Source: an uncultured Verrucomicrobiaceae bacterium (lineage in GTDB: Bacteria; Verrucomicrobiota; Verrucomicrobiia; Verrucomicrobiales; Verrucomicrobiaceae). Taken from it: DNA of 64,000 nt. The translations under genes and the position numbers were made by a program. Of the stretch, positions 1 through 8,022 are shown piece by piece. Each line of letters begins with the position of its first letter. Within the stretch, counting starts at the first letter, position 1. The notes beneath the pieces are model-generated. The model saw nothing but the letters and a program-made list of their open reading frames with translations. It searched no databases and was not told where the DNA came from. The stretch is taken from the NCBI GenBank assembly GCA_942493005.1, contig OW818661.1, forward strand, positions 2,791,060-2,855,059, in the 5' to 3' direction.

Positions 1-1
1 C

Positions 2-382
2 GAACACGAGGCTGACCTTCGCCGTTTACTCACTGCGCGCCCTGGATTCCCGCCCATCACCGGAGATCTCCCCGTCCTGGCACAAAGCCCCATTCATTTC
101 GTGAGCGAGTGGCGAACCTTTGTCATTCAGACCAAGGTCATCGGTGCTAGTTTCTACAAAGGTGATCCTCTGTTTTTTCCTAACGGGAAGTTCATTCATG
201 ACACCGTGGCTGCCTTTGAAAATGCACCCGCCGGATACAGCGCCGACTTTGGCGTGACCGATGAAGGCCAGACCGTGCTGATTGAAATCAACGACGGTTA
301 TTCACTGGGTCATGGTGGGCTGACTGCCACCCAGTATGCCGAGCTCTTGCACGCGCGCTGGACGGAAATTTGCGCGGCCTGA
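2..382 (+). CDS. ATP-grasp-like protein, C-terminal fragment (5' end outside window)
   Basis: The frame of ORF 101..382 stays open back to nt 2. The C-terminal TVLIEINDGYSLG resembles the E-x-N metal/ATP strand of ATP-grasp folds. Family call is from memory only. Confidence 0.4.
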   Translation, partial: EHEADLRRLLTARPGFPPITGDLPVLAQSPIHFVSEWRTFVIQTKVIGASFYKGDPLFFPNGKFIHDTVAAFENAPAGYSADFGVTDEGQTVLIEINDGYSLGHGGLTATQYAELLHARWTEICAA

Positions 383-392
383 TGAGCCTGAG

Positions 393-1469
393 TTACTTCA
401 GCCCCGCCTCAGCCAATCGCTCCTGGAGATCACTGGCCAGCAGAGAGTCCAGAATCTGGTCCACGCGGCCTTCCATGAACATGTCGAGGTTATAAACCGT
501 CATTTCGATCCGGTGATCGGTGACGCGGTTTTGCGGGTAATTGTAGGTGCGGATCTTCTCTTCACGGCCACCGCTGCCGATGAGGTTGCGGCGGTGAGCC
601 GAATACTTCGCCGCTTCTTCTTGCTGCTTCTTTTCCAGCAAGCGAGAGCGCAGAATCGTCAGTGCCTTCTCCTTGTTCTTGATCTGGCTACGCCCGTCCT
701 GACAGCGCACGATGGTGCCTGTGGGAATGTGCATCACCTGCACGGCAGAGTCCGTGGTGTTCACGCCCTGGCCACCCGCACCGGAAGAGCGGCAGACTTC
801 GATACGCACTTCATCAGACTTGAGTTCAAAGTCCACCTCCTCAGCCTCGGGCAGCACGGCAACGGTGGCCGCAGAGGTGTGAATGCGGCCTTGGGCCTCC
901 GTAGCAGGCACACGCTGCACACGATGCACACCACTTTCGTATTTGAGGATGCGGAAGACATCTTCGCCCGCCACTTTCATGACGATTTCCTTAAACCCAC
1001 CCACATCAGAGGGGCTGGACTCCAGAGTCTCCACCTTCCAGCCACGGGTTTCAGAGTAGCGCGAATACATGCGCACGAGATCAGCGGCGAAGAGTGAGGC
1101 TTCGTCCCCACCCGTGCCGGCACGGATTTCCACCAATGCGTCACGGCCTTCCAGGGGATCAGGCGGCAAGATGGAGAACTGAACCTTCTTTTCCAGTTCC
1201 TCGATGCGGTTCTGGATGATCGGGATCTCGGCAGCGGCCATGGCGGCAAATTCCTCATCCCCTGCTTTCAGCATCTCTTGGCTATCGGTCAGTTCCGTGA
1301 GCTGCTTTTGATACTCGTCCCAGCTTTCCAGCAGATTGCCCAGCGTGCGGTGCTCGCGCGTGAGTTCTCCAGCCTTTTTAGCATCATCAAAAAAGCCTGG
1401 CTGTCCCATGAGTTCTTCGAGGAGCTCAAAACGGGTGCGTTTGGTGGCGATGATGGGGGCGTAATCCAT
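393..1469 (-). CDS. prfA: peptide chain release factor 1
   Basis: 358-aa ORF with the GGQ motif (SGAGGQGVNTTDSAV) and the RF1-type P-A-T tripeptide (RVPATEAQGRIHTS). Confidence 0.95.
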   Translation of the reverse strand: MDYAPIIATKRTRFELLEELMGQPGFFDDAKKAGELTREHRTLGNLLESWDEYQKQLTELTDSQEMLKAGDEEFAAMAAAEIPIIQNRIEELEKKVQFSILPPDPLEGRDALVEIRAGTGGDEASLFAADLVRMYSRYSETRGWKVETLESSPSDVGGFKEIVMKVAGEDVFRILKYESGVHRVQRVPATEAQGRIHTSAATVAVLPEAEEVDFELKSDEVRIEVCRSSGAGGQGVNTTDSAVQVMHIPTGTIVRCQDGRSQIKNKEKALTILRSRLLEKKQQEEAAKYSAHRRNLIGSGGREEKIRTYNYPQNRVTDHRIEMTVYNLDMFMEGRVDQILDSLLASDLQERLAEAGLK

Positions 1470-1524
1470 GGCGGTAAGGGACGAGAAGAAGAGGCCTCAG
1501 GGCGGCAGCGGGGCAGGAAGCAAC

Positions 1525-1563
1525 AAAAAACGGTGCCGAGCTCGGAGGCACGGGCACCGTTTT
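1525..1563 (-). terminator. rho-independent terminator-like hairpin downstream of rpmE
   Basis: Inverted repeat cggtgcc (1531-1537) / ggcaccg (1553-1559). On the minus strand it is followed by a T-run (A6 at 1525-1530 on +). It sits just after the rpmE stop. Confidence 0.55.
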
Positions 1564-1585
1564 CTGGTCAAAGGAGATGTCGAGG

Positions 1586-1828
1586 CTACGCAGAAACGTC
1601 GCTGAGCTTCGGCGGGGCGCGGCGAGCGCGAGTGCTGCCGTAACGCTGAGCGAATTTGTCCACACGGCCAGCGGTATCAATGAAGCGCTGCTCACCGGTG
1701 AAGTATGGGTGGCAACCAGCGCAGATACCGATCTTCAGGTTCTGCACGGTGGAGATGGTCTGATACACAGCACCACAGGTGCAGGTGATCGTGGTTTCGT
1801 AAACCGTAGGGTGGCCTTGTTCTTTCAT
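1586..1828 (-). CDS. rpmE: 50S ribosomal protein L31 (Cys-containing form)
   Basis: 80-aa ORF MKEQGHPTVYETTITCTCG...GICAGCHPYFTGEQRFIDTAGRVDKF, with L31 length and motifs and two Cys pairs. Confidence 0.93.
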   Translation of the reverse strand: MKEQGHPTVYETTITCTCGAVYQTISTVQNLKIGICAGCHPYFTGEQRFIDTAGRVDKFAQRYGSTRARRAPPKLSDVSA

Positions 1829-2036
1829 GAGGGTAGAGATCTGAAATCACGTAGGACCGACGAGGGACAAGGGGCGTCACTTTCGCCGGAGCGTGAGGGC
1901 TAGCAGTTTGCCACAGCCCGCCCAGGGGTCAACCAGCTTTTTAAAACGCCTGAATCCCCGGCTTCCAGACGGCAAATCTTGACCTTCCAAGGGCAAACAC
2001 TGAATACTGCACGCTAAATCCTGTCAAACCCCTGCC

Positions 2037-4580
2037 GTGACCGCCCCCGTCCGCACAGCCCCTGAGATCCGCGACCATGAGACCCTGCGCCTCATCGGCC
2101 GCGGTGCCTATGGCGAGGTCTGGATGGCGCGCTCCGTCACAGGCGCACTGCGCGCCGTCAAGGTCGTCTGGCGGGAGGACTACGACCAGGCAGATTCCTT
2201 TGAGCGCGAGTTTGAGGCCATCAAACGCTACGAGCCCATCTCCCGCCGCCACGCCGGGCTGGTGCCCATTCTTCAGGTGGGCCGCAGTGATGCCCAGGGC
2301 TTTTATTATTATGTGATGGAGTTGGCAGATGACCTGGACAAAGGCCGGGACATCAGCCCAGAGACCTACAAGGCCCACACCCTGGGCCTGGAAATGCGCA
2401 GAGACAAACGGGTGGTGGCAGAGCGCTGCCTCAAGATCGGCGCAAACGTAGCGGAAGGCCTGCACTACTTGCATGAGAACAAGCTCATCCACCGGGATGT
2501 AAAACCTTCAAATCTCATCTTCATTGATGGGGCCTGCCGTCTCGCAGACATCGGCCTCGTTGCCCTACTAGGGCAGCGCAGCTTTGTGGGGACAGAGGGC
2601 TTCGTGGCCCCGGAAGGCCCAGGGTCACCGGAATCCGATATCTTCTCCCTCGGCATGGTGCTCTATGAAGCCAGCACGGGCAAAGATCGGCTGGATTTCC
2701 CCGATATCCCCTCCTGCTCCGAGAGTGGCGATAAACTGGATGTTTGGCAGCGCCTGCATCGGGTCATCTGCACCGCCTGCGCACCGAAGGCGAAGGACCG
2801 TTATTCCAGCGCTTATGAGATGACGCTGGACCTGCGTGGGCAGCCCCTGCCCTCTCGGCGCCTGGTCTGGTACTGGGCCGCCACCGCAGCCACCACCTTG
2901 GCCCTCGCCGTCGGCTTTGGCATGTGGCTGGCTCAGCGGCAGGATAATCGCGGCCTCTTGGAAGTACAGAAAAGCCTACCCATGCTCACCATCAAGACCG
3001 AGCCCGCCGGGGCCGATGTCTTCGCTGGAGAGGACAAGCTAGGCGTCACCCCCCTGGCGCTCAATCCCGAGGAAGGCGTGCCCGTCATTTACCAGCTGCG
3101 CCTCCCGGGTCACAAGCAATTGGAGATCGAGCACAGTGCCAACCGCAACCGGCCTGCCGAGTATGATTTGAAGCTGGAAGCCACTCGCCTGCCCCAGCCG
3201 GGCGAACGCTGGACCAACAGCCTGGGCATCACCTTTAAGCCCGCGCAAATGGGCCACATCAGCGTTCAGCCCGTGGAGATCAAATTCTTCAAACGATTCC
3301 TTGAAGCCACGGGCCGCTCCTTTGAGGGCAAGGTGGTGCGCGCCTCTCTGGCAGATGCTAGCAAAGATGCCGCCTACTTCGTCGTCGTTCCTGTGGGCGA
3401 TGCCGAGGCCTTTCGCTTCTGGATGACGGATACCGACCGCGCTGCCGGCGCCCTGAGCCAGGAGCACCATTACGAGGTGGAGCCCTTCTACTACGTGGAG
3501 AGCAATGCCGGAGGCAATGAGGACATGCCTGAGGATCGCGATACCGATAACACCAGCAGCGGCGAGGACAAAAACTGGCAGGCCTTTCACCTGCGTGTCG
3601 AACGCCAGACCTACGGCAGCGTCATCATCCGCACCACGCCGGAGAAAGTTCGCATCTTCCAGCACGATGAGTTTCTGGGCTATACCCCACTGGAGTTGCC
3701 CCGCGTGCGCAGCGGCCCCGTGGAGTATGAACTGCGGGAGGAAGGTTTTTCCGATGTGGTCCTTGAGGGCGATGTGAAGTCGGGTGCTCTCCTGGAACTC
3801 TTCTCGGACATGCAGACCCGCCAGGCCGTGACGTTTGGCCGTGAGTGGAAGGCCAATGGTCTAGGCCTACGCTTTGTCCCCCTGGGAGATGTCATGATCG
3901 CCGCCGTGGAAACCCGCCGCCGCGACTATCTGGAATACGTGAAAGCCACCAATGCCCGGCGACCTGGAAATATGGATGCCGACGGCCGTGGTGGCACCCA
4001 ACCTGTGGTGGGAGTGGACCGTGAAGAAGCCCGCGCATTCTGCGCCTGGCTGACGGAGCGTGAGCGCAACGCGGGTCTCATCGGGGCAAAAGACCGTTAC
4101 CGCCTGCCGAGCGATGAAGAGTGGAGCCGGGCCGTGGGCCTGCCCCTGGAACGTGGCAATTCACCAGCGGAAAGAAACGGACGCATCCGGGGCATTTACC
4201 CCTGGGGTTTTGACTGGCCGCCCCCGCCCAATACCGAAAACCTTGCGGACAACAATGCCGCACGGAAAAACCACCTGGAGAGCTTCATCCCCGGCTATGA
4301 AGACCGGTTTGCACAACTAGGTGCGGTGGGTGCCTTTCCACCCAACGAACGCGGCATCATCGCCCTAGGGGGCAATGCTTCCGAATGGGTGGACACGGAC
4401 TTTGAACCCGGTAGCACGCCCAAAAGTGGCAAGGAAAAAAAGGTTCTCGGCACCGTGCGCGGTGGCAACTGGCAGACTTCAGATCCGGATGAACTGCTGT
4501 CCTCCGTCCGCACCCCTCTGCCCGTGGATACCAAGCGGCCCACCGTCAGCTTCCGCATCGTCTTGGAGCGGCGGAAGTAA
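2037..4580 (+). CDS. Ser/Thr protein kinase with TM segment, PEGA-like domains and FGE-sulfatase (SUMF1-like) domain
   Basis: Kinase motifs GRGAYGEVW, HRDVKPSNL, ADIG and GTEGFVAPE. TM segment WYWAATAATTLALAVGFGMWLA. PEGA-like segments (IKTEPAGADVF.., IIRTTPEKVRIF..). C-terminal FGE-like motifs (VVGVDREEARAFCAWL, GNASEWV, RGGNW, SFRIV). GTG start. Confidence 0.85.
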   Translation: MTAPVRTAPEIRDHETLRLIGRGAYGEVWMARSVTGALRAVKVVWREDYDQADSFEREFEAIKRYEPISRRHAGLVPILQVGRSDAQGFYYYVMELADDLDKGRDISPETYKAHTLGLEMRRDKRVVAERCLKIGANVAEGLHYLHENKLIHRDVKPSNLIFIDGACRLADIGLVALLGQRSFVGTEGFVAPEGPGSPESDIFSLGMVLYEASTGKDRLDFPDIPSCSESGDKLDVWQRLHRVICTACAPKAKDRYSSAYEMTLDLRGQPLPSRRLVWYWAATAATTLALAVGFGMWLAQRQDNRGLLEVQKSLPMLTIKTEPAGADVFAGEDKLGVTPLALNPEEGVPVIYQLRLPGHKQLEIEHSANRNRPAEYDLKLEATRLPQPGERWTNSLGITFKPAQMGHISVQPVEIKFFKRFLEATGRSFEGKVVRASLADASKDAAYFVVVPVGDAEAFRFWMTDTDRAAGALSQEHHYEVEPFYYVESNAGGNEDMPEDRDTDNTSSGEDKNWQAFHLRVERQTYGSVIIRTTPEKVRIFQHDEFLGYTPLELPRVRSGPVEYELREEGFSDVVLEGDVKSGALLELFSDMQTRQAVTFGREWKANGLGLRFVPLGDVMIAAVETRRRDYLEYVKATNARRPGNMDADGRGGTQPVVGVDREEARAFCAWLTERERNAGLIGAKDRYRLPSDEEWSRAVGLPLERGNSPAERNGRIRGIYPWGFDWPPPPNTENLADNNAARKNHLESFIPGYEDRFAQLGAVGAFPPNERGIIALGGNASEWVDTDFEPGSTPKSGKEKKVLGTVRGGNWQTSDPDELLSSVRTPLPVDTKRPTVSFRIVLERRK

Positions 4581-4586
4581 CCCTCA

Positions 4587-5546
4587 TCACGCCGGCGCAG
4601 TTACCCAAAGGTAACCGGCCTTTCTCCGAAGATGCCGTCCCTCTGGAAGATTGACCTTGGCCACGCCACCTGGGCGCAAGAGCGCGCTGGCAGCTTCTAA
4701 AAGCTCTGAATCCAGCCCCGGCAGAGTCAGCACTTCACCTAACCAAAAGTGCAACACTCGCGATAACAACGCAGGGTGTTGAGAACGCAGCTTTGCCGTC
4801 ACCCGCAAACGCCCCTCTTCGGTGATCAGCCCTTCATCTTGGATCAATGCCAACGCCTGCTGCTGAAGGCAATCATCATCCCGCTCAGCTTGCTTTCCTA
4901 GCCTCACGATCAGAAGCGAGACCTCGCGAGCATAGACCGCATTCAGCAGCGGCAGCACCTCATGCCGCAGCCGATTCCGCCGATGCTGGGGGCTGGCATT
5001 GCTGGAATCCTCTCTGAAACTTAACCCGTGAGTTTGCACATATTCAGCGATCTCTGCACGGGTCTTATCCAACAAAGGGCGACAGAGCGCGGGCATGGAA
5101 CGGGTCTCCATAACCATGCCTTTAAGCCCCCCGATTCCTGTGCCCCGACAAAGGTTCGCCAGAATGGTTTCCGCCTGATCATCGGCATGATGGGCCAGGT
5201 AAATGCGCGCCGCACCATGCTTCGCCGCCATGCGATAGAGAAAGTCATAACGCAACGTCCTCGCCGCCGTTTCGATCGAGGTTTTATGAGTGGCCGCCCA
5301 GGTGTTCACGGCCGCTTTTTCGATCTCACATGGCAATCCGTAATGAACGGCCAAACGGCGAACAAAGGCCGCGTCTTGCCCAGACTCCCGCCCCCGCAGG
5401 CCATGATTGAGATGGCATAGCACCAACCGCTTCAGACCTGCGCACACCAACATGTGCAGCAGAGCGACAGAATCCCGGCCTCCAGAGATTGCCAGTAAGG
5501 CAGGCCCAGTCGCAGAATCGGGGATGATGGAAACGTGGGGTTTCAA
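4587..5546 (-). CDS. tilS: tRNA(Ile)-lysidine synthetase
   Basis: PP-loop motif LLAISGGRDSVALLHML near the N-terminus. Length of 319 aa and LNHGLRG..S..DA context are typical of TilS. Confidence 0.85.
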   Translation of the reverse strand: MKPHVSIIPDSATGPALLAISGGRDSVALLHMLVCAGLKRLVLCHLNHGLRGRESGQDAAFVRRLAVHYGLPCEIEKAAVNTWAATHKTSIETAARTLRYDFLYRMAAKHGAARIYLAHHADDQAETILANLCRGTGIGGLKGMVMETRSMPALCRPLLDKTRAEIAEYVQTHGLSFREDSSNASPQHRRNRLRHEVLPLLNAVYAREVSLLIVRLGKQAERDDDCLQQQALALIQDEGLITEEGRLRVTAKLRSQHPALLSRVLHFWLGEVLTLPGLDSELLEAASALLRPGGVAKVNLPEGRHLRRKAGYLWVTAPA

Positions 5547-5857
5547 AACAGGCTTCCTTTATTTCATATCCATCCTGGCTCTGCACCTGCCTTTTCACGA
5601 GATTCTACCTGCCCCTTGGAGGAAGACCTTGTTCCCTGCACCGTCGAGAGTCGCTTTCAGCTTGATTCCTTCAAGCGCAGTGGCTGAATGGCGAAGCAAA
5701 TCGTTTGACGTACGATCCACGCTTTCTCTCCCGATCTCCCCATTTCTCATGGATCCGCGACTGCCTCTACCACCCCGCTTCGCCACTCTTGGGTGTCGCG
5801 CACTCGGGTCGCCTCAGCGCAGCCACTTCCCAGTAGGCGCAAGTCCTCGGTTCTGAG

Positions 5858-6796
5858 ATGATGACCACCCCCTCCATTCAATGGCCCGAAGGCAAAAAAT
5901 TCGCCTTCACGATCTTCGATGATACCGATGCGGCCACCGTCGCCAATACAGGTCCGGTTTACGCCCTGCTGCGGGATTTAGGATTCCGCACGACGAAATC
6001 CGTTTGGCCCCTGGAGGCCATCGCCCCGCCTGTCGTAGTCGGCGGCGCAGACTGTGCGGATGAAGGTTACCGTGCCTGGGCTCTCCAGCTTCAAGAAGAA
6101 GGTTTTGAGATCGGCCTGCACAACGTCTGCTGCCACCACTCCACGCGGGATCGCATCCAGACAGGGCTGCAAAGGTTTGAAGAAATCTTCGGCCACCCGC
6201 CACGCAGCATGGCCAACCACACCGGCTGCCGGGAAAATCTCTATTGGGGGCCAGACCGTGTGACGGGACTGCATCGGCTCATCTATCAGGCCGCTACCCT
6301 GGGGCGCAAAGGCGGCTTCAAGGGTCATGTCGAAGGTGACCCGCACTTTTGGGGAGACCTTTGCAAAGAGCGCATCACCTACGCTCGGAACTTTGTCTTT
6401 CCAGACATCAACACCCTTCGCGCCTGCCCATGGATGCCATACCACGACCCACTGCGCCCTTGGGTCAATCAATGGTACGCCTCCTCAGAAGGAGGGGGCC
6501 TGGAGAGTTACCTAGAGACCCTCAAAGAAGAAAACCAAGATCAACTGGAGGCCGAAGGCGGTGCCTGCATCATGTATGCGCACCTGGGAAAATTCTTCCG
6601 CCGTGATGGCGTCATCAGTGATCGTTTTCGTTTCCTTATGGAACGCCTCAGCCAGAAGAACGGCTGGTTTGTCCCCGTCTCCACCCTGCTGGATTACATT
6701 GTCCAGCAGCGTGGCTCATTGACCCTGACGGACAAAGATCGCCGTGAAGTGGAACGCCGCTGGCTGTGGCATAAACTGACCCGGGGGGAAAGCTGA
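5858..6796 (+). CDS. hypothetical protein, polysaccharide-deacetylase-like (tentative)
   Basis: 312-aa ORF. FAFTIFDDTD and GFEIGLHNVCCHH resemble NodB/CE4-type Asp and His motifs. The function call is weak. Confidence 0.45.
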   Translation: MMTTPSIQWPEGKKFAFTIFDDTDAATVANTGPVYALLRDLGFRTTKSVWPLEAIAPPVVVGGADCADEGYRAWALQLQEEGFEIGLHNVCCHHSTRDRIQTGLQRFEEIFGHPPRSMANHTGCRENLYWGPDRVTGLHRLIYQAATLGRKGGFKGHVEGDPHFWGDLCKERITYARNFVFPDINTLRACPWMPYHDPLRPWVNQWYASSEGGGLESYLETLKEENQDQLEAEGGACIMYAHLGKFFRRDGVISDRFRFLMERLSQKNGWFVPVSTLLDYIVQQRGSLTLTDKDRREVERRWLWHKLTRGES

Positions 6797-6806
6797 CACG
6801 ACGACC

Positions 6807-7922
6807 ATGAGTGTGCGAATAGTCCGCTACGAAGATCATCACATCCCGGCCGTCAAGCGCTTCAACCAGCGGCTAGCAGCCGGAGGTTCCATCTGGCATT
6901 TCCCCGAGCAATCCGTTAGCCAGTGGCTACCCGACACACCCGACCAAGAGATCGTCGAACACTACTATGTCGCTGTGGATGGCGATGAAGTACACGGAGG
7001 CTACATTTTAAAATGGCAGCCCTTTCAGGTGGAAGGCCAGATCGAAAGAGTGAGCACGCTTTACCTGCCTCTCTCAGAAGGGGTGGTAAATTCTAAATAC
7101 AACCTTCTCGGCCTCGTTTTGATCCGCGATGCCCTCACCCGCAATCCCCTCACCTTTTCTCTGGGCATGGGGGGCAGCCACCGGGATCTGCCGAAAACCC
7201 TCAAAATGATGGGCTGGCAGGTACATGACATTCCCTTCTTTTTCCTGCCGCTGCGTGCACGCCCCTTTTTGAGGAACCTCCAGCCCATCAAGACTAAACG
7301 CTGGGCGAATACAGCTGCTCAAATCGCCGCTAACACCGGAGTCGCCAGCCTGGGGTTAGCCCTATTCCATCGGTTTCGTCGTGCCCCTCGTCAGGTCCGG
7401 CAAACCACCACCTGGGAGCTCGTCGAATCTTTTGGACCTTGGGCCGATGAACTGTGGGCCAAGGCCCGCAATGACTACGCCCTTTTTGCTAGCCGTGGCC
7501 AGGAGGAGCAGAACCGACTGTATGCCCCCGGTGCCCAGAAGAGCAAACGGGTGCTGGTGCGAGAAGCTGGCCGCGTGGTCGGCTGGTTCATTGCCCGCGC
7601 CAGCCCCATGCGTGATCACAATTACTTCGGGAACATGTGCGTGGGGTCCATCATTGATGCCATCGCTGAGCCTGGCAGGGAGAATCACATCGCCTGGGCA
7701 GCCCGCCAGTTTCTCATTCAGCAAAAGGCAGACATCATCGTGGCTAACATGCAGCATGAAAGCTGGCGCAAAGCCCTGCTCAAAGCTGGTTTTGTCAGTG
7801 GCCCGAGCAATTTCACCCTCGCCACCGCGCCCAAACTCAGCCAACGCCTTGCCCCCTACCCAGACCGAATTGGCAGGGCACAATTCATGCGCGGAGATGG
7901 GGAAGGGCCCAGCCATCTCTAG
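6807..7922 (+). CDS. GNAT/FemAB-like acyltransferase family protein (tentative)
   Basis: 371-aa ORF starting 10 nt after the previous gene. The N-terminus VRIVRYEDHHIPAVKRFNQRL is typical of GNAT-type proteins in EPS loci. Call is from memory. Confidence 0.45.
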   Translation: MSVRIVRYEDHHIPAVKRFNQRLAAGGSIWHFPEQSVSQWLPDTPDQEIVEHYYVAVDGDEVHGGYILKWQPFQVEGQIERVSTLYLPLSEGVVNSKYNLLGLVLIRDALTRNPLTFSLGMGGSHRDLPKTLKMMGWQVHDIPFFFLPLRARPFLRNLQPIKTKRWANTAAQIAANTGVASLGLALFHRFRRAPRQVRQTTTWELVESFGPWADELWAKARNDYALFASRGQEEQNRLYAPGAQKSKRVLVREAGRVVGWFIARASPMRDHNYFGNMCVGSIIDAIAEPGRENHIAWAARQFLIQQKADIIVANMQHESWRKALLKAGFVSGPSNFTLATAPKLSQRLAPYPDRIGRAQFMRGDGEGPSHL

Positions 7923-8022
7923 CCTAGACTTCACCGTAGAACGTGGCGGCCTTTCCACATTTCTGCATTGTCCCTGAACAAGAAAAGAGGCATCCTCGTC
8001 GAAGGTCAGGTCCACCATCGTT

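Noticed and set aside
336-1097. 253-aa + strand ORF overlapping prfA.
   Set aside because: It is antisense to RF1, which carries the GGQ and PAT motifs. It has no features of its own.
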